A stretch of DNA of 64,000 bases. Source: an uncultured delta proteobacterium. Its GTDB lineage: Bacteria; Myxococcota_A; Polyangia; Polyangiales; Polyangiaceae. The stretch spans positions 1,952,001 through 2,016,000 of the forward strand of contig CAWDXG010000004.1 in assembly GCA_963806225.1 (NCBI GenBank). Direction: 5' to 3'. The position numbers and the translations under genes were made by a program. Each line of letters begins with the position of its first letter. The first letter of the stretch is position 1. Under the pieces are notes generated by a model that was not told where the DNA came from, did no database searches, and worked only from the letters and a program-made list of their open reading frames with translations. This document shows, piece by piece, positions 11,938 through 23,406 of this stretch.

Positions 11938-12032
11938 GCGGCGCGCGAGCGCAAGCCGAAGCTGGGACGCGCACCGCGGCGCGATGGTGGCGTAGCCGTG
12001 ACGTAGAGAGGCTGCCAGGCCCCCCCGGTGGG

Positions 12033-13241
12033 CTACTCCTTGAGCGCCTTCTTGATGCGTTCGCACGCTTCGGCGATGCGCGGCGGATCCTCGATCAGGG
12101 CGAAGCGGACGTAGCCTTCGCCGCCGGCGCCAAAGCCGGTGCCGGGAGCGACGCCGACGTGCGCGCGCTCGATGAGGCGCGTGGTCGCTTCCAGCGAGCT
12201 CATCGAACGCCAGGCCTCGGGCAGCTTGGTCCACACGAACATGGTGCCCTGTGGTTCTTCCACGTCGCCCCAGCCCGTCTTGCGCAGGCCGTCGGCCAGG
12301 GCCTTGGCGCGGCCCTGGTACAGCGCGCGGATCTCCTCGACCAGCGAGTCGCCGTTCTCGAGCGCCCAGGCGGCGGCCTGCTGCAGCGGGATGAACGTGC
12401 CGTAGTCCATGTACGTCTTCATGTGCGACAGCGCGCCGATCATCCGCTCGTTGCCGACCATGTAGGCGATGCGCCAGCCCGGCATGTTGTAGCTCTTCGA
12501 CATCGAGAACACCTCGACGGCGAACTTGCGGACCTCTTCCGGATCGAGGCCGCAGTCGAAGATGCTGGGCGCGTAACGCGAGCTGAAGTCGAGATCGGCG
12601 TAGGCCAGGTCGTGCAGGAGCAGCGCACCCGAATCGCGCACCACGCGCACCAGCTCCGCGAGCTCTTCGCGGCTGACCACGCGGCCCGTCGGGTTCTGCG
12701 GATAGTTCGCGATGACGAGCTTGGCGCGGCCGCCAGCGAGGCGCACGTGCTCGAGCGCGGCGTGCACCGCCTTGGCGGGCGTCGTGCGCGAGGTCGAGTC
12801 GTAGCCGGCGACGTTCGCGCCGGCGATGAGCGGCGCGCCCTTGTGGATCGGGTAGCACGGGTCGGGCACCACCGCGGTGTCGCCGCGATCCAGGATGGCG
12901 AGGCACAGGTGGCTGATGCCTTCCTTGGCACCCATCGTAACGATCACGTCGCGGTCCGGATCGAAGCTCGCGTGGTAGCGCTTCTGGTACCATTGCGTGA
13001 CCGCGTGGCGCAGCCTCGGCAGGCCGCGACCCGGGTGGTAGCGGTGGTTTTCGCCGATGTCGGCGGCGGCGTGCAGCTGGGCGACGATCTCGGGCGGCGT
13101 GGGCCGGTCGGGATTGCCCAGACCCAGATCGATGATCTCCGCACCGGACGCGCGCGTCCGGGCCTTCACGTCGTCGGTGACGAGGAAGGCGTAGGTGGGA
13201 AGGGCTTCGGCTCGCGGAAAGGACCAGTCCTGGGTTTTCAC
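12033..13241 (-). CDS. PLP-dependent class I/II aminotransferase (AlaC / LL-DAP aminotransferase-like)
   Basis: IIDLGLGNPD, GAKEGISHL, NYPQNPTG, HDLAY, SMSKSYNMPGWRI (PLP lysine), PGTGFGAGGEGYVRFAL. Probable GTG start. Confidence 0.9.
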   Translation of the reverse strand: MKTQDWSFPRAEALPTYAFLVTDDVKARTRASGAEIIDLGLGNPDRPTPPEIVAQLHAAADIGENHRYHPGRGLPRLRHAVTQWYQKRYHASFDPDRDVIVTMGAKEGISHLCLAILDRGDTAVVPDPCYPIHKGAPLIAGANVAGYDSTSRTTPAKAVHAALEHVRLAGGRAKLVIANYPQNPTGRVVSREELAELVRVVRDSGALLLHDLAYADLDFSSRYAPSIFDCGLDPEEVRKFAVEVFSMSKSYNMPGWRIAYMVGNERMIGALSHMKTYMDYGTFIPLQQAAAWALENGDSLVEEIRALYQGRAKALADGLRKTGWGDVEEPQGTMFVWTKLPEAWRSMSSLEATTRLIERAHVGVAPGTGFGAGGEGYVRFALIEDPPRIAEACERIKKALKE

Positions 13242-13293
13242 CCGGGCGTGGTACCACGAATCCGGCGGCCGAAAAACGGGCTCGGGCCGCCGG

Positions 13294-14136
13294 CTACCAG
13301 CGGCGGCTCTTGCCCGCGCGGTGCTCGGCGATGGTCGCCTGGTCCTGCTCCTTCTTGACCAGTACGCCGCCGAACGGCAACTCGCCACGGATGCGGTCCG
13401 CCCCTACCCCGGCCTGCGTCAGGACGGCGATCCAGTCGATGAGCTCGCTGGTGCTCGGGCGCTTGCGCACGCGGGGCACGCCGCGCACGTCGAAGAAGGC
13501 CGCGATGGCCTGGTCCACGACGCTATCGTCCACCTCCGGGTGGTGCACCCGCACGATGCGCTTCATCAACTCCGGCTCCGGGAAGTCGATGAAGTGGAAG
13601 ACGCAGCGGCGCAGGAACGCGTCCGGCAGCTCCTTCTCGTTGTTGCTGGTGATGATGACCACGGGCCGGTGCTGGGCCACGACCTCGTCGCCGGTCTCGT
13701 TCACGACGAAACGCATGCGGTCGAGCTCGTGCAGGAGGTCGTTCGGGAACTCCAGATCCGCCTTGTCGACCTCGTCGATCAGCAGCACCACGCGCGCCGG
13801 CGAGTTGAGCGCCCGGCCGAGCGGCCCGAGCTTGATGTAGCGGCGGATGTCCTTCACACCCTCGGGGCCAGCGTCACCGAAGCGCGCGTCGTACAGGCGC
13901 TGGACGGTGTCGTAGACGTACAGACCGTCCTGCGCCCGGGTGGTCGACTTGACGGGCCAGTGGATGAGGTCGTGCTCCATCGACTCGGCCACGGCGGCGG
14001 CGAGCAGGGTCTTGCCGGTCCCCGGCTCGCCCTTGACGAGCAGAGGGCGCTCCAGCGCGATGGCAGCGTTGACGGCCGCTTCCAGAGCCGGGTCGGTGAT
14101 GTAGCTGCGGGTGCCTGTAAACTCTCGGAACGACAC
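13294..14136 (-). CDS. MoxR-family AAA+ ATPase
   Basis: RPLLVKGEPGTGKT, LLIDEVDKADLEFPNDLL, IITSNNEKELPDAFLRRC. Confidence 0.92.
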   Translation of the reverse strand: MSFREFTGTRSYITDPALEAAVNAAIALERPLLVKGEPGTGKTLLAAAVAESMEHDLIHWPVKSTTRAQDGLYVYDTVQRLYDARFGDAGPEGVKDIRRYIKLGPLGRALNSPARVVLLIDEVDKADLEFPNDLLHELDRMRFVVNETGDEVVAQHRPVVIITSNNEKELPDAFLRRCVFHFIDFPEPELMKRIVRVHHPEVDDSVVDQAIAAFFDVRGVPRVRKRPSTSELIDWIAVLTQAGVGADRIRGELPFGGVLVKKEQDQATIAEHRAGKSRRW

Positions 14137-14207
14137 GATAGCGGGGTCCTAGCACGGCCGACGCACGGCTGCTCGCCGGGACGCCCCCCGTGGTATGACC
14201 GTAGCGG

Positions 14208-15239
14208 ATGATCCGCTACGAAATCAGGGCAGCGGGACTCGACGACGAGGAGCAGCTTCTGAGGCTCGCGCGCTTCCTCAATACGGTGAACCTGCCCGAC
14301 GATCGCGGACACGTCCAGAACCTGCTCGACCACGCAACGCGGAGCTTCAGCGGCGCCATCAAGGATGGCCGCCGCCGCAAGTACGTCTTCGTGCTGTGGG
14401 ACCTGGAGCGCGAGGTCGCCGTCGGCACATCGATGATCGTCGCGCAGCTCGGACGCCGCGACGCGCCCTACATCTATTTCGACGTGACCCCGGAGGAGAA
14501 GTATTCGCGGGCGCTCGACCGCTACTTCCACCACACGGTGCTGAGGCTCGGCTTTTCCTGGAACGGGCCGACCGAGATCGGCGGGCTGATCGTCGACCCG
14601 GACTACCGCCGCGCTACCGAGAAGCTCGGTCTGCTCATCTCCTATGTGCGCTTTCTATACATCGCCGCACACCCGGAACTGTTCCAGAAGGAAGTGCTCG
14701 CGGAGCTGCTCCCGCCGCTCGAACCGGACGGCACGAGTCACCTGTGGGAGGCCCTCGGCCGGCACTTCACCGGCATGAGCTACGCCGAGGCGGACCTCTT
14801 GTCCAGCGAGGACAAGGGCTTCATCCGCGATCTGTTCCCCAGCGGAAACATCTACGCCAGCGTGCTCAGCAAGGACGCGCAGGGCGTGATCGGCAAGGTC
14901 GGCGCGCAGACCCGCGGCGTGGAGAAGATGCTCCGCCGCATCGGTTTCCGCTACGCCGAGCGCGTGGATCCGTTCGACGGCGGCCCGCACTTCGTCGCGC
15001 CGGTCGAGGAGATCACGCTTGTCCAGAACACCCGGCGCGTGCACTTCTCCGGCGCGCTCGACCCGTCCTCGGCGTCCACGAGAGCGATGGTCGCGCGGGA
15101 ATCCGACGGCGCCCCGTGGCTGCGCGTGGTCGGCACGACCGCCGCCCTGGCCGACGACGGCGTGAAGCTCGACCCCGCCGCCATCGAGCACCTCGCCCTT
15201 TCCGAGGGCGACGAGGTCATCGTGCTGCCGCTCAAATAG
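14208..15239 (+). CDS. astA: Arginine N-succinyltransferase
   Basis: TVNLP, GPTEIGGLIVDPDYR, GLLISYVRFLYIA, LWEALGRHFTGMSY, VDPFDGGP. Confidence 0.85.
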   Translation: MIRYEIRAAGLDDEEQLLRLARFLNTVNLPDDRGHVQNLLDHATRSFSGAIKDGRRRKYVFVLWDLEREVAVGTSMIVAQLGRRDAPYIYFDVTPEEKYSRALDRYFHHTVLRLGFSWNGPTEIGGLIVDPDYRRATEKLGLLISYVRFLYIAAHPELFQKEVLAELLPPLEPDGTSHLWEALGRHFTGMSYAEADLLSSEDKGFIRDLFPSGNIYASVLSKDAQGVIGKVGAQTRGVEKMLRRIGFRYAERVDPFDGGPHFVAPVEEITLVQNTRRVHFSGALDPSSASTRAMVARESDGAPWLRVVGTTAALADDGVKLDPAAIEHLALSEGDEVIVLPLK

Positions 15240-15245
15240 CCCGGG

Positions 15246-16940
15246 CTACTGGATCGGCGGGGGCGGCTGCGCGATGCCCTTGAGGTTCAGGCCGCCGGGG
15301 TACTGGTAGCTCGTGTAGCTGCCGTAGCCGACGACCTGGAGGCCCACCGGCTTGTCGGAGATGAGCACGTGCGCGCCGTTCGCGCCCGCACCGAGCTTCA
15401 CGCGCGCGACGGTGTAGCCGGCTGCAGCGAGCGCCGACGAGCCGGGCTGCACCGCGGTGCCGTCGATCGTCACCTGCGCAGCGACCGGCATCACCACGTC
15501 GGCATAGTTCACGTCGTAGTCGGTGGGGGCGAGGAACACGTACTTGGTCCGGTACTGCTCGACGGCGAACGCCAGGCTCTGCGAAGGGTCGCCCTTCTGG
15601 CTCCCGATGGGCGCCGTCGGGTCGACGATGCTGCCGCCGAGCTGGAACATGCCAACGGCAAACTCGTGGTTGCCCTCGACCGAGAAGTCGCCGTTGATGG
15701 GTCCGAACTGCACCACCTGGCCGGCGTTGATCGTCGAGGGCGCGCCATTGGGCTGGCCCGCCGAGTACTTGAGCTGCGTGCCATCGACGTTGCCGTAGAT
15801 CCGCACGATCTGTCCCACCACCTTGCCGTTCGGACCTGTCGGCGCATTGACGTAGTACTTCTTGCCCAGCGTCTCGGCCGGGAACACGCTCTCCTCGATG
15901 TGATCGCAGGCCTGGGCGCCGAGCGGGGCCTGGATGCACGGGATACCCGTGATCACCTGCACCGGCTGATCCGCCTGGACCAGGCTGCCGCTGAGATCGC
16001 CCGTCGTGTTGCCGAGCACCTCGACCACCTCGCCACGGTTGATCGGGAAGGTCGCAACCCCGCCGCCGCTGGTAGCCGACACGCCGCCGCCCGCCATGAT
16101 CTGGCCATTGCCGGAGACCTTGACCTTGACGGTCGTGTTGTCGGTGAGGCCGGTGACCGCGAAGTACGAACCGATGTTCGCCTTCTGCCAGCTCTGGACG
16201 CCGGTGATGCGGTAGTTCTTGGTCGCCGCGGTGCTGGGCAGAAGCAGCGATGCATCATTGGAATACGAGAAGCAGCCCACGCCGCCGTTGCCCGGACAGC
16301 TCGACCAGCTCTTCCCCGAGGGGCCGCCCGCCGGTTTGTACTCGAGCGCGTTGAACTGGTACACGGTGACCGGCACGGAGCTGGTCAGGTGATACGCGCC
16401 GCCCGGCGCGCGCACAGTGGAGGTGAGCGGTGTCGCCGCTCCCTGCGCGTTGGCGTCGGGCCCCTTCAGCGACGCAACCCACGGCAGATAGAACTTCTGC
16501 AGCCCGTTCGGCTGCACCGTCCCGCTCCCCATCTTCTGCCCGTTCTGCATGATGGTGACGTCGGCCGGGGTGTTGCCCGCGTTCGCGACGATCACCGCGT
16601 AGTCGAAGATCGACCACACGTTGTTCGCCACCACGGTGGGCCAGAAGTCGCAGCCGATGTAGGTGTGCGAGCTGGCCGCCTGCGAGCAGGTGGTCGGGTC
16701 GCCGACGAAGCCGCCGCCGTCTTTCGTGCCGCCGCCGCCGTCCAGGTTGATGCCGCCGCCGCTACCAGCGTTCGCGCCGAAGCCGCCGAAGTTGCCGCTG
16801 CCGCCGTTGCCGCCCGCGCCGCTGCCGCCGGACCCGGCGAAGTGGCTGCCGTCGCCGGAAGCCGAGCAGGCCGAAATCGTGCCAGCAACCGCCAGCGCCA
16901 GGATCGAAAAGACCGTGCCCCCACGAAGCCAAGTACTCAT
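15246..16940 (-). CDS. Lipoprotein with IgGFc-binding-like domain
   Basis: Lipobox ISAC and a Gly-rich linker. Motifs YIGCDFW, YSNDASLLLP, DLSGSLVQADQPV, CDHIEESVFP, GYGSYTSYQYPGG. Confidence 0.8.
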   Translation of the reverse strand: MSTWLRGGTVFSILALAVAGTISACSASGDGSHFAGSGGSGAGGNGGSGNFGGFGANAGSGGGINLDGGGGTKDGGGFVGDPTTCSQAASSHTYIGCDFWPTVVANNVWSIFDYAVIVANAGNTPADVTIMQNGQKMGSGTVQPNGLQKFYLPWVASLKGPDANAQGAATPLTSTVRAPGGAYHLTSSVPVTVYQFNALEYKPAGGPSGKSWSSCPGNGGVGCFSYSNDASLLLPSTAATKNYRITGVQSWQKANIGSYFAVTGLTDNTTVKVKVSGNGQIMAGGGVSATSGGGVATFPINRGEVVEVLGNTTGDLSGSLVQADQPVQVITGIPCIQAPLGAQACDHIEESVFPAETLGKKYYVNAPTGPNGKVVGQIVRIYGNVDGTQLKYSAGQPNGAPSTINAGQVVQFGPINGDFSVEGNHEFAVGMFQLGGSIVDPTAPIGSQKGDPSQSLAFAVEQYRTKYVFLAPTDYDVNYADVVMPVAAQVTIDGTAVQPGSSALAAAGYTVARVKLGAGANGAHVLISDKPVGLQVVGYGSYTSYQYPGGLNLKGIAQPPPPIQ

Positions 16941-17046
16941 GGCCCTATTGTCCCCCCACGGCGTGGTGCTTGACAACCTGGCACTTTCCGGGCCGGCGCC
17001 GCCGGAGCCGCCCGGGCGGGCTCTTTCGGCGTCAACTCCCCTGGAT

Positions 17047-17808
<762 letters not shown>

Positions 17809-17831
17809 GGCGTGCCTCTGCCTTGTGCTGG

Positions 17832-19573
17832 CTACTCATAGCGGATGCCCTCGACTGGCCTGAGACGGCTGGCGGCAAGGGCCGGATAGATCGTGGCCAG
17901 AGTGGTAATGACCAGCGCCGCGATCGCGACGACCGTGTAGTCCACGGCGTCCACATTGATGGGCAGGCGATCCACATAGTACACGTCCGGGTCCAGCCGT
18001 ACGCCGAACCAGAGCAGGCCCAGCGTGGTCGCCAGCCCCGTCACTACGCCGAACACGGTGCCTATCGCGCCTATCATGATCCCCTCGGACATGAAAATGC
18101 GCAGGATGGACCTGTCGCTTGCACCGACGGCTTTGAGGATCGCGATCTCCTTGCTCTTCTCGGTCACCATCAAGAGCAGCGTGCAGATGATGCAGAAGCT
18201 CGCCACGGCGATCGCGATCGACAGGATGATGAACGTGGCGATCTTCTCCAGCTTGAGAGCGGAGAAGAGGTTCTTGTTCAGCTCCTTCCAGTCGCGGACC
18301 CGGAGGTCCTTGCGCGTGATGGCCGCGCTCACCAGCGGCCGCACCTCGCTCACCTGTTCAGCGTGGTCGATCTTGATATCGATGCCGGTGATGTTGTGCT
18401 TCAGGTCGAGGAAGTCCTGCGCCGCTGCGAGCTTCATGTACACGTAGCTCGCGTCGTATTCGTACATGCCGCTGTAGAAGACCGCGGCCACCCTGAAGCG
18501 TCGCGTGCGCGGCAAGACGCCCATCGGCCCCAGGTCGCCGAGCGGAGCGACCAACGTCACCTCGTCGCCGACGTAGACGTGGAGCGTCTTGGCGAGCTCG
18601 CGCCCGATCACGATACCCGGGTACACGTCGGGCGGCTTGACCGCCTTCTTCACGTTCTTGTCGAGCGAGTCGTCCAGAAAGGGGTTCACGTCCGGCCCCT
18701 TGAGGTACTTCTCGCCGCCCGGTCCGATGCCGATCACCGTGTCGGACGGCAGATCGGCCAGCGTGTCGGGGTGCTCCAGATAGCTGAACTTGCCGACCTC
18801 GATGTTCTTGAGGAGATCGATCACGCTGCCGATGGTCTTCGAGTCGACGCCGCGCACGATGGTGCCCGCGGTGTTCGACGAGCTCGACGCCATCGCTTCA
18901 CCCTGTGCGATGGGCGTCGCCGCCACGACGTGCTGGACCTTGCGCACCTTGTCGAGCACCGGATGCCAGTGATCGAAGCCGCCGACGGCCTTGCTCTCGA
19001 CCTTGATGTGGGCGTTGTTGCCGAGGATCTTCCGCTTCAGATCCGCGCCGAAGCCGCCCATGATCGAGACCACGGCGCACAGCGCGAACGAGCTCACGGC
19101 GACGCCAGCGATGGACAGCACCGAGATGACCGTGAGAAAGCCGCTCTTGCTCGCGCGCACGTGCCGCGCCGCGACGAACGACACGAAGCCGCGCCCCTCG
19201 ATGCGGTCGAGCACCCACGGCAGAGCCAGCGCGATAAAGCAGATGACAAAGCCCGTGCCCGACAGCGCCGCGCCGACGCGCACGAACTGGTGCCACAGCA
19301 CGAAGTAGCTGCCCTGCGGCTCGGGCAGCTTCGCCGCCCAGCTGGCCAGCCCGACCACGCCGACCAGGAACAGGCCGGTCAGCCCCCAGAGCAGACCGCG
19401 ACGTCCGCTCCGGCCGAGGCGGCGCAGCCCGAGCACGACGAGCCACACCACGAGCACCGCCGCGAGGATGATGATCGCGATGCGCCCGTACAGGCCGAGC
19501 GCGGCCCAGAGGCGGGCGAGCGCGCCCACCTTGGCGGCGTGATGCGCCGGTCCGGCGCTGGTCGCGGCCAGGA

Positions 19574-19577
<4 letters not shown>
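17832..19577 (-). CDS. lolC: Lipoprotein-release ABC transporter permease LolC/E with extra N-terminal TM segments
   Basis: [77 protein letters not shown]. Confidence 0.85.
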
Positions 19578-21277
<1,700 letters not shown>

Positions 21278-21368
21278 CGTCGCCGCGCCGGTCTAGCGCG
21301 GCTCCCCGGGCGCGTCCACAGGCGCTCTCGCGTGATAGGATGAGCGCGGAATCGCTTCCGGGAGGTGC

Positions 21369-22499
21369 TTGATGCCGATCCATCCGCTGCGCTGGATCTC
21401 TGTCGTATCCATCGCGTTCGCCGCCGCGTGCTCGGCGACCGGTGGCACCGGAACCCGGCCCGGCGGCGGCGGCGGCGGCGGCGCTGCCGGCACCGACGCG
21501 AGCGCCAGCGGTGGGTCGAGCGCGACCGCTGGCACCGGAGCGGGCGGCAGCGCCGGCGGCGTCAACGTGGATTCCGGTCCGCCGGACAAGTGCGGCAACG
21601 GCCAGGACGACAACGGCAACGGCCTGGTGGACGAAGGCTGTTCGTGCAACGACGGCCAGACGCAGGGCTGCTGGACCGGGCCGCCGCAGCGCCGGAAGGT
21701 GGGCGCGTGCAAGGACGGCAAGCAGGCCTGCCAGAATTTCGGCGAGTTCATGTCCTGGGGACCGTGCGTGGGCGAGGTGCTGCCGAGCCCCGAGATCCCC
21801 GGCAACGGCAGCGACGAGGACTGCAACGGCAGCGATCCGGGCGGACAGTGCCAGCCCACGTCGAGCACCGAGGTCTGCGGCAGCGGCAAGGACGACGACT
21901 GCAACGGCAAGCAGGACTGCCAGGACCCGGCCTGCGCTTCGGTGTGCAACTGCTCCCAGGAGATCTGCAACGACGGCAAGGACAACGACTGCGACCAGCT
22001 GGTCGACTGCCAGGATCCGGACTGCGTGCAGGCGACCAACTGCAAGGCGCAGACAGGCTGCACGCCGCAGTTCCCCTATTTCCTCGAGGTCGCCTGCAAG
22101 GACGGCAAGGACAACGACTGCGACGGCAAGGTCGACTGCGCCGACCCCGACTGCAAGCAGCCCGGCCAGTGCGGCTGCGCCGCGCGGGAAACGAACTGCC
22201 ACGACGGCGTCAACGACGACTGCGACAAGTTCACCGACTGCGGCGACGCGGACTGCGAGACCTGCACGCCGGGCAGCACGCGCTACTGCGATGATCCCAC
22301 CCAGTGCTACTGGGGCAAACAGACCTGCGGGCCCGACAGCCACTGGGGCGCCTGCACCGAGACCACTGATCGGCCCGGCAACTGCAGCGGCGACCTGTAC
22401 AGCGCGGATTGCTGCGTGAACGCCGGCGCCTGCTGCCAGAACTATCCCACCGACGAGTCGTCGATAGGCAACTGCCCCGGCCTCACCAAGTGCAACTAG
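21369..22499 (+). CDS. Cys/Asp-rich repeat lipoprotein
   Basis: Lipobox AAAC and a Gly-rich linker. Repeated C-x-D-G-x-D-N-D-C-D-x3-D-C-x-D-x-D-C units. Confidence 0.8.
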   Translation: MMPIHPLRWISVVSIAFAAACSATGGTGTRPGGGGGGGAAGTDASASGGSSATAGTGAGGSAGGVNVDSGPPDKCGNGQDDNGNGLVDEGCSCNDGQTQGCWTGPPQRRKVGACKDGKQACQNFGEFMSWGPCVGEVLPSPEIPGNGSDEDCNGSDPGGQCQPTSSTEVCGSGKDDDCNGKQDCQDPACASVCNCSQEICNDGKDNDCDQLVDCQDPDCVQATNCKAQTGCTPQFPYFLEVACKDGKDNDCDGKVDCADPDCKQPGQCGCAARETNCHDGVNDDCDKFTDCGDADCETCTPGSTRYCDDPTQCYWGKQTCGPDSHWGACTETTDRPGNCSGDLYSADCCVNAGACCQNYPTDESSIGNCPGLTKCN

Positions 22500-22641
22500 G
22501 CCCGTTCGCATCCCACCCACTCACCCCCACCGGAATCCTCCGTCAGGGGCTCACCGCCCCCGGAAACCCGCCGCGATCCGCTCCGCTCATCGCGGGCTCG
22601 CTGTCGCTCGCCGGCCGTCGCACAATCGTCGAACCTGCCCA

Positions 22642-23406
22642 ATGTCCCCGATGCCCCCGCGACGGTTGCTGCTTCTGTCCGGCCTTGCCCTCGCACTGAC
22701 AGCCTGCAGGAAAAGCACGCCGCATCCCGCCGAGCACGTCGTCGTTGCGCCGCAGTCGGTGCCGGCTCCTGCGCCCGCGGACCTCGGCGACGACTGCGCG
22801 GACGTGGGTGGGGTGCGTGCGTGCTTTCGCAAGTCCTGTCCGGACGGCGTGTGCCGCGTGCCTCGACCGTTGCCGGACGCGCCCCATGTCGGCCGCTGGC
22901 GCTGTTCGGGCAGCGGCGAACAGCGCGTGTGTCGCGACAGCGCGCTCGACGCCAGCCGCTTCGAGTGCCGCGGCGCGCTCTGCATCCAGCGCACGCCGCA
23001 CCTGCCCGACGACGGCCAATGGGAATGCGCCGCCTTCGACGGCGCCGTGCTCTGCCGCTCCATCGCGCCCGCGGCCGGCATCGTCGCCGGCCCGCCCGAT
23101 CCCGCCTTCCGGTGCGGCAAGCGCCGCGGACATCCCGGCGAGCGCGTGTGCGTCGACTTCTCGCCGGACATGCCCGGCCCGGGCGCGTGGCGCTGCCACT
23201 TCCAGCACCTGGGCGGCGTGATCGAGCGGCGCTGCGAGAAGGGCGGACACACGCCGCTCGGCGGCAGCTGCAGCGGCGGCTGCTCGAAGGGCAGCACCTG
23301 CGTCTCGAGCCACTGCCTGCCGCTTCCCCCGCACCCGGACTGCTGGTTCGACAAGGACTGCGGCAGCGGACGCTGCGAGCTCGGCACCTGCCGGAGCGCG
23401 ACATGA
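22642..23406 (+). CDS. Cys-rich lipoprotein, coupled to the cytochrome gene
   Basis: Lipobox LTAC and many Cys. The stop codon overlaps the next ATG (ATGA at 23403-23406). Confidence 0.7.
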   Translation: MSPMPPRRLLLLSGLALALTACRKSTPHPAEHVVVAPQSVPAPAPADLGDDCADVGGVRACFRKSCPDGVCRVPRPLPDAPHVGRWRCSGSGEQRVCRDSALDASRFECRGALCIQRTPHLPDDGQWECAAFDGAVLCRSIAPAAGIVAGPPDPAFRCGKRRGHPGERVCVDFSPDMPGPGAWRCHFQHLGGVIERRCEKGGHTPLGGSCSGGCSKGSTCVSSHCLPLPPHPDCWFDKDCGSGRCELGTCRSAT

